A stretch of 64,000 nucleotides of DNA, from positions 41,266-105,265 of the IMG/VR virus record IMGVR_UViG_2558860250_000001; one strand, 5' to 3'. The translations under genes and the position numbers were made by a program. The notes below the pieces were generated by a model. It saw nothing but the letters and a program-made list of their open reading frames with translations, ran no database searches and was not told the origin of the DNA. Below are positions 1-12,000 of this stretch, one piece after another (the first letter of the stretch is position 1; every line of letters starts with the position of its first letter). The stretch is from a virus. Lineage: Duplodnaviria; Caudoviricetes.

Positions 1-602
1 GAGTGCCTTTGCTTTACGTGTCTCCATCGCACCTTTAACGATGATGCCCATAAGTCCCATTTTATTGACCTCCAATCGCAGTTAAAAACATATCGATTAC
101 GTCTTGTATATTGAGTTGTGTCGGCAAGTCCGATGGATTGACTTTGGCTAACCATTGCATTGCTTTAATCCACAGCACGCAACTTCACCTCTTTAGAGTA
201 TTGAACCAATGGGCATACATGTTGCGGTTGCTTACGACGTTGCAATACGGCATATCCAACGCCCCAAATTGCGATAGGATAGGTGGCTGACAATATTGCG
301 CATACACTTGCAGCACCAACAAATGTTGTAAAAACAATTACACCTTTAATTTTAGGCGACATCGAATATTCACCTCTTTCTGCGGACACACTACCCTCAA
401 CAAATAAACCAATTGGAGTGATCAATATGTTCGCGGAACCTTTGTACCTTTTCATCGGCGGCGCAATTGGAGCTGTGCTAAACGTGTTGGCCGGAGTGTG
501 GCATTTTTAATGGGATATATCATTGGAACCATTACGCTATTGGGTATAACAATTTGGACTGCACACGATTGGGTGCATTTGGCACATGTACTGCACCCGT
601 AA

Positions 603-860
603 TTAAATTAATCCATCCAGTATATCGTCGTCTGATATGGGGACATTATCCATGACGGATGATTTGATAGTGGGTGCAGGCGGTGTGGTTGCTTGCGCCC
701 CATTTTGCATCATCAACCGAACACGTCTCACACACTCGCGTATACGACCAGCACGATTGGGCGCGGAATATATCCATTCTAAATCTGCGCGTTGTTCAGA
801 ATCGAGCACATTCCATCCGGTTGACATAGTGACAATTTCACACTTATCGCTGCGTCTGTA
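603..860 (-). CDS. Putative ParR-like adaptor downstream of the actin-like ATPase (start uncertain)
   Basis: Small ORF right after the ParM-like gene, with a basic helix (RAGRIRECVRR) and an acidic tail (DDDILDGLI). Confidence 0.4.
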   Translation of the reverse strand, partial: YRRSDKCEIVTMSTGWNVLDSEQRADLEWIYSAPNRAGRIRECVRRVRLMMQNGAQATTPPAPTIKSSVMDNVPISDDDILDGLI

Positions 861-1663
861 ACTTTTTACTGAGTAACCGGCCAACTGTATAGTATGACTT
901 TGCATTCGCGTACACTCCTTCTTCGATGGACACAACATCTTTCAATCCATATTCGCGTAACGCAACTGCTAGTATTTCGGCGGTACCGCCCATCGTGTAC
1001 ACTGGTCCATTGAATCCCCACATGTGTTTCATCAAATCGAACGCAATCAATCGCGCTAAATCGTGAAACTCCATTTCCTTATTTAACACTCCGTATGGCA
1101 ACGTACCCGACCGCAAATCCATCCATTTTCCATTTTCCCACGTTACATAATTTGTTGTCGCGCCACCCAAGTCGATCCCATGTACTATGCCCGATTTAGA
1201 CGGAAGTAGATACACACAACTCGCACACTCCGGCACCACATCCACTCGTTCAATTGTGATTTGTTTGACACGACCATCAACTTCAATAGCGTGTTGCCCC
1301 CAACATCAACCGTTTCATCCGTTCCTTTTCATCCGGTACATGGTTGGTAATAGGGTGACCGATGACTAAGTGTACCGGTTCCTCATGCGCAGCCAATCGC
1401 GATATCGCAACTAATCCCAATATGCGTGTATCGTCGATAGCCTTCGTCGCCATAAAGTTGCGGCGTCCGTCCCGTGACTCGTTCGCTATGTTTCCGACGT
1501 AATACCGTTTGCCGATATGTTCAACCTCCATATCATCTGGCGTGCGCTGATATTCTAGTTTGAGTGGGCGATATGTCCCTATGATGGCTGGAAACATCGC
1601 ACATTTATCGTCGGTGTACGCTTTGACACTGTGACGCCCGACATCCAATCCGATTACCTTCAA
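844..1663 (-). pseudogene. ParM/StbA-family actin-like ATPase split by a +1 frameshift (or sequencing error)
   Basis: Phosphate-1 motif IGLDVGRHSVK, phosphate-2 motif GIDLGGATTN, adenosine motif MGGTAE. Removing one C from the C5 run at 1297-1301 fuses the two ORFs (LMLGQHAIEVDGRVKQITIERVDVVPE). Confidence 0.8.
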
Positions 1664-1808
1664 TGCGATTTCCTCCTTCGTGATTACCTAGTTCATACCT
1701 ATACAGAGGACAAAATCGCAATACATTGTCCTTGTGTGATGCGCAAAATTATTTTTGCGCGGACATCCAATAAAGGTGCGTACAAGTTTCGCGTCGAAAT
1801 AAGCCCTT

Positions 1809-2033
1809 ATGGATACGATAACTCCACTTAAACGAATGTTAATGGAACGCGGATTGAAGAATAGATGGCTGGCCACGCAGATAGGGATGGATGAATCCAG
1901 CTTGAGTCTCATCGTTAATGGCAAACGCAAACCAACAATCGATACCGCCATACGCATCGCACGCGCACTCGACACAACGGTCGAAGATTTATGGTATTGG
2001 ACGATAAGTAACGGCGGAGATACAGATTCGTAA
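1809..2033 (+). CDS. XRE/Cro-like HTH regulator
   Basis: WLATQIGMDESSLSLIVNGKRKPTIDTAIRIARAL. Confidence 0.85.
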   Translation: MDTITPLKRMLMERGLKNRWLATQIGMDESSLSLIVNGKRKPTIDTAIRIARALDTTVEDLWYWTISNGGDTDS

Positions 2034-2225
2034 TCAACCAGTTAACAACGGGGAGAAGGATAAACAAAAACCCACCTAGATACGTTGTCCAGGTGGGTGT
2101 ATACACTATTGCCACATCGCCGGTCGGCACAAGTGCTCGACACAGCGTATGCGAGAGGGTGGGTGAATGTTGCATGTACACGATTGTACAGATGAAATTT
2201 TATAAGCAAAATGTTTCAAGTATAA

Positions 2226-2684
2226 TCAAATATCCATACGCATCGTCCTTCGGTGGTGCTTTTTATGCTTGTTTACCGGTTTAAGCAATTTATCTTCAGG
2301 CCACCCTTTGCGAGTTCTATAAAAAAGCACATTAGTCGGTATCCCAGTAATTTCTGACCATTCCCCTATAGACTTAGTTTCAGAGTTAATGGTCAAATAA
2401 ATGGTTTTTCTCTTATTCCAATGTTGTTCTTTACGAGTTATCCATCTACAGTTACTTGGTTCGTAGTTACCGTTCACGTCTATTCTGTCGAGCGTTAAAT
2501 TATCGGCATACCCATTGTTGAGCGCCCAATCAACGAACGAATCTATGTTCTCCATCCAATCGTTACATACGCGTATTCCTCTTCCACCATAGTCGGCAAA
2601 ATCTTTGTCGTTTGGGTTTAAACAACGCCTCTTAGCCATATACAAAATGTTTACAAGTCGCTCCCTTCTCTTGTCTAAATACAT
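2226..2684 (-). CDS. HNH-type free-standing homing endonuclease
   Basis: YGGRGIRVC...LTLDRIDVNGNYEPSNCRW motif; ATG at 2684 behind a GGAGG at the thyX end. Confidence 0.8.
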   Translation of the reverse strand: MYLDKRRERLVNILYMAKRRCLNPNDKDFADYGGRGIRVCNDWMENIDSFVDWALNNGYADNLTLDRIDVNGNYEPSNCRWITRKEQHWNKRKTIYLTINSETKSIGEWSEITGIPTNVLFYRTRKGWPEDKLLKPVNKHKKHHRRTMRMDI

Positions 2685-2685
2685 A

Positions 2686-3449
2686 TTACATTCCTCCGAA
2701 AAAAGCATCTGTCCATGGTTCAACCTCAACCACACATTCACGCAACCGTTCGGCCAGTTCAGTGATTTCGTGTTGTGCACCTCGACCTTTTCGACGTTTG
2801 CTATAAAAATCGAGCAAAGCGCGTAGATTAGCAGTCATCGTCAAGTTTGTTGCGGTTGCGTTGGGCAATATTGCGCGTGCATCTTCTGATGGAATGCCGT
2901 AATGCCGTAACATATCGTACACTTGCTGCAACCTTTTCATTGTTTCAACGAATATGTCGAGAGCCGCAGAATTGTTGATGGTTTCCGGCACAACATAATC
3001 GAATCCACCTGACTTATCACCGCTACCCAATTTCACGTACCGTTGCGACTGTACACTGAAACTAAATCCGACACGATGACGCGTAAGTTGGGCGAGTAGG
3101 GCACGTGATACACCTTCTACGGCAAATGTGAAGGTAATATGCTCCATGGTGGAAGTGTGTTTAGATGCAACAATTTGACGAAATAGCCGATCTGCATCCG
3201 TACCCGTACCACCATCAGTTGCTTGTTTGCCGAAATATTTATCACCTTCAACCTCTACAATTTCAGATGGTTTGAGTGGGGAATAGCATGTACGAATAGC
3301 TGATAATGCAACCGCCTGTCCATGTGTTGCATCAATTGGTGGTGCAACATATGCATCGAATGGTTCGTCACACATAAACAATTTATCCCGCATTTGTTCA
3401 GTCAATTGCGTATGTGCTAATAGCGTAACCGACATCGTTGTTTCAGCCA

Positions 3450-3450
<1 letters not shown>
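2686..3450 (-). CDS. thyX: FAD-dependent thymidylate synthase
   Basis: HTSTMEH, RHRxxxSFSVQSQRY ThyX motif, EDARAILP, AQHEI. Confidence 0.95.
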
Positions 3451-5168
<1,718 letters not shown>

Positions 5169-5176
<8 letters not shown>

Positions 5177-5528
5177 GCAAGTCACCACCATTCGGTTTAT
5201 AAATGTCAACTGGTTTGCCGCATTTCCGTGCAATATCAATCGTATGTTTAGTTCCCTTGCTTTTACCGTCCCAAAATGCAACAACCTTGTCTGCGTAGTT
5301 CACAATATCTACATTTCTTCGATACCCAGCCGATTTTCCGTATTTATCCCAATCGGCGTGGAATACCTTGACTGTCATCCCGCGTTGACGCGCAAACGTT
5401 TCAGCGTATGAATCAACTCCTCGTGCGCCACCTGATACAACAACGTCTTCAATGGGGAGTGAATTAATGTACCAAAAAATATCATCTTGGTTAGGATAGT
5501 TTCGCGAACCGACAATGGCGATATTCAT
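5169..5528 (-). CDS. SLOG/YspA-related (DUF2493) protein
   Basis: IAIVGSR, VSGGARGVDS, AGYRRN, AFWDGKSKGT. Confidence 0.85.
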
Positions 5529-5854
5529 TCAACCACACCATCCCATCGTTCAAATTGTGTGATGCCATCGTTGTGTGCTTGTTGGGAACGTAATTGATTG
5601 ACCATCATTTGCTCATATCCACGCACTGCTAACTTTGCAAACTCGACGTATCGACCAGTCCATTCATTGCGCTTATCCCATCCAGTATGCGTCCTATATA
5701 CCAACTTCCATTTTAGGAATCGAGAATTACGCTTGACGTAGACACGTGCGACAAGGTTGTAGAGTCTGGCGGTAACATACTTGTCTTCCAGGTCTACGTA
5801 ATACTCACCAACAATGGTGGTAACAGGATACTTGGATAACTTAACGGGTTCCAT
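5525..5854 (-). CDS. Hypothetical protein, paralog of 22658-23014
   Basis: Shared LSKYPVTT N-terminus and F.EWDG/FERWDG C-terminus. Confidence 0.6.
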   Translation of the reverse strand: MEPVKLSKYPVTTIVGEYYVDLEDKYVTARLYNLVARVYVKRNSRFLKWKLVYRTHTGWDKRNEWTGRYVEFAKLAVRGYEQMMVNQLRSQQAHNDGITQFERWDGVVE

Positions 5855-5877
5855 TATTATCACCGTCGCTTCCTTGG

Positions 5878-6255
5878 TTATAATTTGTGCGATTTTCGGA
5901 TCAATGCGCAATCTATACACACACCGTTATGTACGATGGTTTTTTCGCCACATTTGCAACATGCAGTAGTTGATGTCTGTTCGCCACCGTCCACATCACC
6001 ATCAAGTCTGACCAATTGCAATGCCCATTCGTCGGCGGAGTAGATGGTGTATTCATAATCATACTCACTCCACAATTTAACTATTTCATCAAATGAATCC
6101 CACTCAGATCTAAGCGTGCCATCGCGTAAGAATAACAAGCCTTTTGTGCCGCGTTTTGTCGATATGCACATAATTGGCTCGCCAGTAAACCATACAATTA
6201 CATCACCAGCACGGAGCGTGCGATTCAGCGATTGGTTAGGTGTGATTAGTTGCAT
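5878..6255 (-). CDS. Hypothetical protein with C-terminal CxxC..CxxC
   Basis: ORF coupled to its neighbours. Confidence 0.5.
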   Translation of the reverse strand: MQLITPNQSLNRTLRAGDVIVWFTGEPIMCISTKRGTKGLLFLRDGTLRSEWDSFDEIVKLWSEYDYEYTIYSADEWALQLVRLDGDVDGGEQTSTTACCKCGEKTIVHNGVCIDCALIRKSHKL

Positions 6256-7005
6256 TGATTATTCATCCCCTTTGCGGTATAGGCTTCGGCATATGATAGG
6301 AAGATGTCATATGATCCATATATGCGTTCGCCAATTACATATACCAGTATGTCGTCGTCGGGAATATTGGCTACGCGGTCAATTATGACTTCGACAACTT
6401 CGCCAGAATCAATGGTATAAACTTTGTCACCAATTTCAAACATTATTCACGGCCTCCATATAATCTATTGAGGTAACATCAATTGATATATGTACCACGT
6501 TGGATTGTGCAATTCTTGATAAATATTGATTCCGTTGATTATCAACACCACAGCGCCAGCAAACGCAAATAACAATAACACGCCATGGTATACTTGGCGA
6601 CAATCGAATCAATGATGGAGATATTCATGTGATTACTCATTAGTCAATTCAGATTCCAGATATGCTATGGTGCTTTCGATATTATCCAAATTATCCATTG
6701 CCTGTTTCAAATCGCGACGCAATAGTTCAGCACGTGTACGATAAATCATTTCAGAGGTCACATAATATTCTCCATCATCAGTAGAAATCCCATATTCGTA
6801 ATATCTATTGAATTTATCAATCAGATTCTTTACGGTGACAGTTCCGTACAATTTAATTTCATAGTCGTCGTCCAAACGGAACACAAACCATACTGTTTCG
6901 CCTAATTGTGGTTTATACAAGTGGGCACCTCCTATGTGATACAATACCATAATTATACTGATAACCATCCGATCACAGTGAACGCAACAGCCACAGCCAA
7001 CCAAA

Positions 7006-7509
7006 TCAATATGCCGAGGATAGTGGTCCCTCCTTTAACAACTGTACATAATACCCGTAATCTCCATCATGTGTAGTGGAGTATGTACATGCGTCCAGAC
7101 GGATATGGTCGGTTGAAACAAACCGCTTGAAATAATCCAACTTACGCAGCGACGCATCTGATAACTCGGCATAACACTGCGCAAAGTAATCACGGCAATT
7201 GTGTGCGCGTACATATGCGTAAATTTCGCGACCGAACCAATGTCGATTAAGCACGTATTCAATCCACACTAGCCCTTGGTACACGGAACGTGGAGTGGAT
7301 TTGTTTGCGCCGTAATCGTGAACAATACAGTGATAACCGAGTGCAAGGGACATGAGGAAATTATAGTCCAGTTCGCGAATAATATAGTCCCATCGATGTT
7401 GTTCGCAAGCTGTCGACTGGATACGGATAAACGCATAGTCGGAGTTGAGCGATGGGATAGCTTCGATCCCATTGGTGAGATTGATAAAGTGCTTATCCAG
7501 TTCAATCAC
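7006..7509 (-). CDS. Hypothetical protein of unknown function
   Basis: 167-aa ORF with its own promoter motif (7521-7538) and RBS. Confidence 0.7.
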   Translation of the reverse strand: MIELDKHFINLTNGIEAIPSLNSDYAFIRIQSTACEQHRWDYIIRELDYNFLMSLALGYHCIVHDYGANKSTPRSVYQGLVWIEYVLNRHWFGREIYAYVRAHNCRDYFAQCYAELSDASLRKLDYFKRFVSTDHIRLDACTYSTTHDGDYGYYVQLLKEGPLSSAY

Positions 7510-7544
7510 CCCCTTTCAACTTTATATCAATTATATCATATAAA

Positions 7545-9044
7545 TCACATATACGGTTGAATGTATGTAGTATTTTCATTAGCCAATGATTGATATGTAT
7601 TAGTCTCTTCAAGCATATGTACCAGTTCTCGTCCAATGGCCTCAATCACAGGAACAGTTACCGCATTTCCTGCTAACTTATACAATTGTGTATCGCTAAT
7701 GCCATCCGACTTCAATTTATAATAGTAGTCATCAGGGAACCCTTGTAGACGAAAACATTCAAGTGGTGTCAGTTTACGGATGCGATATGTAGGCTTAATA
7801 ACCAACCATTGTTCAACCGTTTGTGTCGATGTCAATGTATTCGCCACCTCATCATCTCTTTCAACCAATTCTTTACCACGACGAGGAGAAAAGTCACGTC
7901 CATATTTTTCACGATACTCACGCCGAATTTGTTTTGCTTCATCGGTACGACGTTCGGTTAATGCGCGCACCTCAATTACTGCGTTCTGCATCTGATTTCG
8001 ATTCAGACCACGCCAATCCGATGCGTTAAGTGTGTGTGCCACATCAAGTTCTTTACCGATGCCAGTTTGCCGACTATATTCGACGACCGCTGTTCGTGCG
8101 CCATGATTATCGATACCCTTATGATAGTTGGCGTCAACACATGTCGATAACCCATCCATACGTTCGCGTAATTCACCATGATCTTGAACTACAATCTTCG
8201 GCTCCCGATTACCACCGCCCATCGTGGTTAATGTGAGGGAAATGCCTAGGGATGAATAGACTCGACGCGTACAATCTGCACCTTTGACATCAAGCATACC
8301 AACCATTTGCATATCACTTTGTTGATAATATGTATCGTTCAACTGCTCTAACAACTTCGCTGCTTTCTCATCGCTTATGTAATATTTCTCGTCAACGTTA
8401 TCTTCGAGTATATCGAGTAGGCGAGTGGTTACAATGTTGTTAGTGGGATATGGGAAGTTGAACGTTCGTAACCCCATATCAGCCAATTTACGTTTAGCCT
8501 TAGTTACGACATCATTACCAGGTGGAATATCCCACGGCACATGTTCATCAGTTCGTTTGCCAATGATAAAAATACGTTCGCGATTCTGTGGCACACCGAA
8601 GTATTTGCTATTCAACACGGCGAAATCCACAGCATACCCGATGTCGTTGAGCACGAACAACATAGTCTCCAACGTTTTACCTTTATCATGTGAGATTAAA
8701 CCTTTCACATTTTCCATGAACACGAATGACGGTTGCTTGACTGATGCGATACGCGCTGCTTCGAAAAACAGTGTACCACGTGCATCATCAAATCCAAGAC
8801 GCTTACCGGCGACGGAGAATGATTGACAGGGAAAACCTCCCACAAGTATGTCGTGGTCAGGTACGAGTGATGCATCAATTTGTGTGACATCACCAGCCGT
8901 TTCGTGACCATACAACAACTTATACGCACGATTAGCATACTTGTCGATTTCCGATGCAAGCACACATTCGCCACCGAGACGATTAAGTGCTGTCTCGAAA
9001 CCGCCGATGCCACTGAACAGTGACACATATTTAAACTTGGGCAA
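7545..9044 (-). CDS. DNA (cytosine-5) methyltransferase with a long variable region
   Basis: LFSGIGG (I), GFPCQ (IV), ENVKG (VI), QNRERIF (VIII), RLQGFP (IX), GNAV (X). Confidence 0.95.
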   Translation of the reverse strand: MPKFKYVSLFSGIGGFETALNRLGGECVLASEIDKYANRAYKLLYGHETAGDVTQIDASLVPDHDILVGGFPCQSFSVAGKRLGFDDARGTLFFEAARIASVKQPSFVFMENVKGLISHDKGKTLETMLFVLNDIGYAVDFAVLNSKYFGVPQNRERIFIIGKRTDEHVPWDIPPGNDVVTKAKRKLADMGLRTFNFPYPTNNIVTTRLLDILEDNVDEKYYISDEKAAKLLEQLNDTYYQQSDMQMVGMLDVKGADCTRRVYSSLGISLTLTTMGGGNREPKIVVQDHGELRERMDGLSTCVDANYHKGIDNHGARTAVVEYSRQTGIGKELDVAHTLNASDWRGLNRNQMQNAVIEVRALTERRTDEAKQIRREYREKYGRDFSPRRGKELVERDDEVANTLTSTQTVEQWLVIKPTYRIRKLTPLECFRLQGFPDDYYYKLKSDGISDTQLYKLAGNAVTVPVIEAIGRELVHMLEETNTYQSLANENTTYIQPYM

Positions 9045-9872
9045 TACTATAACACCTCCTATGTGTTTATATCAATTGTATGATATAAAGTTGGGTGCGT
9101 CAATAGTATAAAGCGAGGTTTCCGAAAAAATATTATAATAAAAATTTGGACGGTGAATAATCAACCGAGGTTGGTGATGAGAGGCGCGTATAAGTTTGAC
9201 GTGCTTTAGTATGCTAAAGCGATGTTTTCCAAAATACATATTATCGAGCTTTTAGGCTTGTCTGCGAAATTTAAACGAAATAACAATTATTACCAGAAGT
9301 TTGACCCCCACTACACTAAATGTGAGTAACTATAACGAACGTATGTTCTGTTGGACACACTTTTTGTCGCACTTATATAGGAAGAAACTCGTCATTTTTC
9401 GCATCGAGACCCCTGAATATGTCCACTTTTGTACGGCTTTTCTACTTCGTTAAAATACGATACAGCGAAGTTGGTGCCATTTCTCACTTTTTACTTGACA
9501 AATGTACGCACGTATGCTGCCTTGTATGTGTACGATGCCGGTGTGGTTGACTATTACACATTGCTATCCCATTGCGGTGTGGTGCGAGGTTTTGACGAAA
9601 CGAGGGCTGGCGCGCGCGGGAGCTAGACTTTTTTCACCTTTTACACACTCATCATCACACTATGATTTACGCCACATACACTATACACAGGGTGAATGAG
9701 GCCATAGAGGGGGATACCTTGACGCCTGGTAAGCGTGAGGATTCGTGGCGGGGTAGGGGGTGATATACGCAACAAAAAAACCACTGGCTATTGTACCAGC
9801 GGTATTGATTAAAAATCAGTCACCCATGTGTATTTCTTCTTGAGTGAATTTCATCAACAATTCGCCAGCCTG

Positions 9873-10040
9873 TTACTCCAACGCTCTAATCATGCGTATT
9901 GCCATTTGTTCGACTGTCAATTTTGTATCGTCACGGTCGAATAATTCGAGATACTCGATTTTCAGGTTTTCTGCGTTCATCTCGTACGGATACGCCGAAT
10001 TAAGTTTCAATAGTGCGCGTTCGATTAATTGTTGTTCCAT
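9873..10040 (-). CDS. 55-aa hypothetical protein (not in the ORF track)
   Basis: GGAGG RBS, MEQQLIERALLKL..., own promoter at 10068-10085. Confidence 0.55.
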   Translation of the reverse strand: MEQQLIERALLKLNSAYPYEMNAENLKIEYLELFDRDDTKLTVEQMAIRMIRALE

Positions 10041-10153
10041 CGTTCATCGCCTCCATTTGTTGTTACCATTGTATCAATTATATCAGCATCTGTCAACATT
10101 TTATATCATACAAAAGGCCACCAGCCGTAGCCGGTGACCGTATAGGTATCGTC

Positions 10154-10633
10154 TTATTGTATCTGTGGCAATTTAGCCATGCCACACAGTGTATCCATAT
10201 CCACTCGTTCCAACGCTGCATCCATCGTCATGTTCCGTTTAGCCAGCCACTTGTTTAACTCGCCCGTAATATCGTCGTTACTCATATACTCTACCTGCAT
10301 CGCCTCTAGTTGTTCCCATACTTTACTGTACCGTGTGATATCACCAGCTGCATAATATACGCCATTTCCTACACTTTCGCCTTCCCATACGATATCGCCA
10401 GGTAGTGGACGTTGCGCACATACAACTGTATAGGCGTCTTTTGCCACACCTTCGGGACGGCTGCTCTCGTGTGCTCGAACTGTCTCCATCGATGTTACTT
10501 GTTCGATTACATCTTCTTCAAACGGTACGATCATATCGTGGAAATCGAAGTCAACCATGTCGCAGTATGCCATTGCCTCTTCGTATGTCTCGAATGCTCG
10601 GTTGCCAACTGTGTATTTCATCATGTTTATCAT
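10154..10633 (-). CDS. Acidic hypothetical protein (single-gene cassette)
   Basis: GGAGG RBS, own promoter and downstream hairpin. Confidence 0.7.
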   Translation of the reverse strand: MINMMKYTVGNRAFETYEEAMAYCDMVDFDFHDMIVPFEEDVIEQVTSMETVRAHESSRPEGVAKDAYTVVCAQRPLPGDIVWEGESVGNGVYYAAGDITRYSKVWEQLEAMQVEYMSNDDITGELNKWLAKRNMTMDAALERVDMDTLCGMAKLPQIQ

Positions 10634-10772
10634 CCTCCGTGTCTGTTGCTCTTTCTGTGTTCATTATATCAATTCAACTATACAGTATCAATGGTTTATA
10701 CAATATAAAACACGGCAAATAGGCCATCGATTTTACCCGATGACCGTTGTATCATCATATACGCGTTGTACA

Positions 10773-11135
10773 TTACATCACAGCCACAATTGTCTTAAAT
10801 CCGCGTTCGATAGCAGCCACAACAGCCTCATCACGTGTATCGCGTACCGTATCAGCATATGCGCCGTTGCTATCAAAGAAGGATACCTGCCATACACCAA
10901 TTGTTTTACTGCAACGGTGTACGATAGCCATACGTCCTTTTGCATCAACTAATTGAAGCGACTCAGCATCGGAAGGTAACGCGGCCACGAACAACTTAAT
11001 TGCGTCTGTCTCGTACATAAATTTTTTCCCATCCGAGGTGTACATTTCACTTTCGTCGAGTAGAAACATGAAGCAGTCGCCATATTCGGCGATCATTTGT
11101 TGTTCATGTGTTAACTCTTCGAGTGTCATATACAT
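10773..11135 (-). CDS. Hypothetical protein (single-gene cassette)
   Basis: GGAGG RBS, own promoter. Confidence 0.7.
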   Translation of the reverse strand: MYMTLEELTHEQQMIAEYGDCFMFLLDESEMYTSDGKKFMYETDAIKLFVAALPSDAESLQLVDAKGRMAIVHRCSKTIGVWQVSFFDSNGAYADTVRDTRDEAVVAAIERGFKTIVAVM

Positions 11136-11266
11136 TCGCGTCGCCTCCGTGTTTTGCTTTCTGATAATACTATATCACATATACAATCACATACGCAACA
11201 ACAAATGTATATAAATGATATACACAACAAAACCACCTACCGAAGCAGGTGGCTGTTATATCGTTT

Positions 11267-11476
11267 TTATCGTTCTAGCGTCAAACCATTATATGTGATT
11301 TCTATGAACAATGTTTTTACATATTCTTTAGCCATTTGGCCGATTGTCATAGCGTCCAACATCGGGAATTTTTCAGCCATAAGCGGTGCGATTTTGTTTG
11401 TCATATCTTGAGCTAATTCGGTGATGTTACCACCTGCTTGAATGTACTGTGCTAACGTTTCCTTGTTGATCTTCAT
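11267..11476 (-). CDS. Hypothetical protein (single-gene cassette)
   Basis: GGAGG RBS, promoter 11516-11533, terminator about 11232-11251. Confidence 0.7.
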   Translation of the reverse strand: MKINKETLAQYIQAGGNITELAQDMTNKIAPLMAEKFPMLDAMTIGQMAKEYVKTLFIEITYNGLTLER

Positions 11477-11572
11477 CTTCCATCAACCTCCGCTTGTGTT
11501 GTTCTTCATGTATTTATTATATCATCTATATCATCGAGTATGCAATATCGAATTTAAATAAATGATATACAC

Positions 11573-11603
11573 AACAAAAACCACCTATCACTATGATAGG
11601 TGG
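11573..11603 (-). terminator. Intrinsic terminator
   Basis: 10-bp perfect stem followed by a T-tract on the minus strand. Confidence 0.8.
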
Positions 11604-11630
11604 CGGATTACCGTGTATTATCGATGCGGA

Positions 11631-11906
11631 TCAGAATGTGTACACCAATTCGCCTTGTATTTGCTGTAAAACCGGCTGATACGATTCATACATCAATTGC
11701 TCATTAACACCTGTGTCTACCCAACCTTTGTAAATTTTCAACTCGCTATCCTTGTCATATGTGTGCTTAAATCCACTGCGTTTTCCTTTCGGTTTGTGGA
11801 TGACAATAACACGATCATGTTCCTCTGTAACGCTAATAATATTCGTTTTCATTTCGTACATAATACCCACCGAGTTGAACGCTACAATTGTGTATTTACC
11901 TGTCAT
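11631..11906 (-). CDS. Hypothetical protein (single-gene cassette)
   Basis: RBS, promoter 11937-11954, terminator CCACCTATCA-CTA-TGATAGGTGG at 11581-11603. Confidence 0.7.
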   Translation of the reverse strand: MTGKYTIVAFNSVGIMYEMKTNIISVTEEHDRVIVIHKPKGKRSGFKHTYDKDSELKIYKGWVDTGVNEQLMYESYQPVLQQIQGELVYTF

Positions 11907-12000
11907 CCCTCATCGCTCCTCGTTCCTTTTGATACGATTATATCATCTATACCATGTACGTCAAGCGGTTTACATGATATAATTTAATCAAAGAGGAGGT

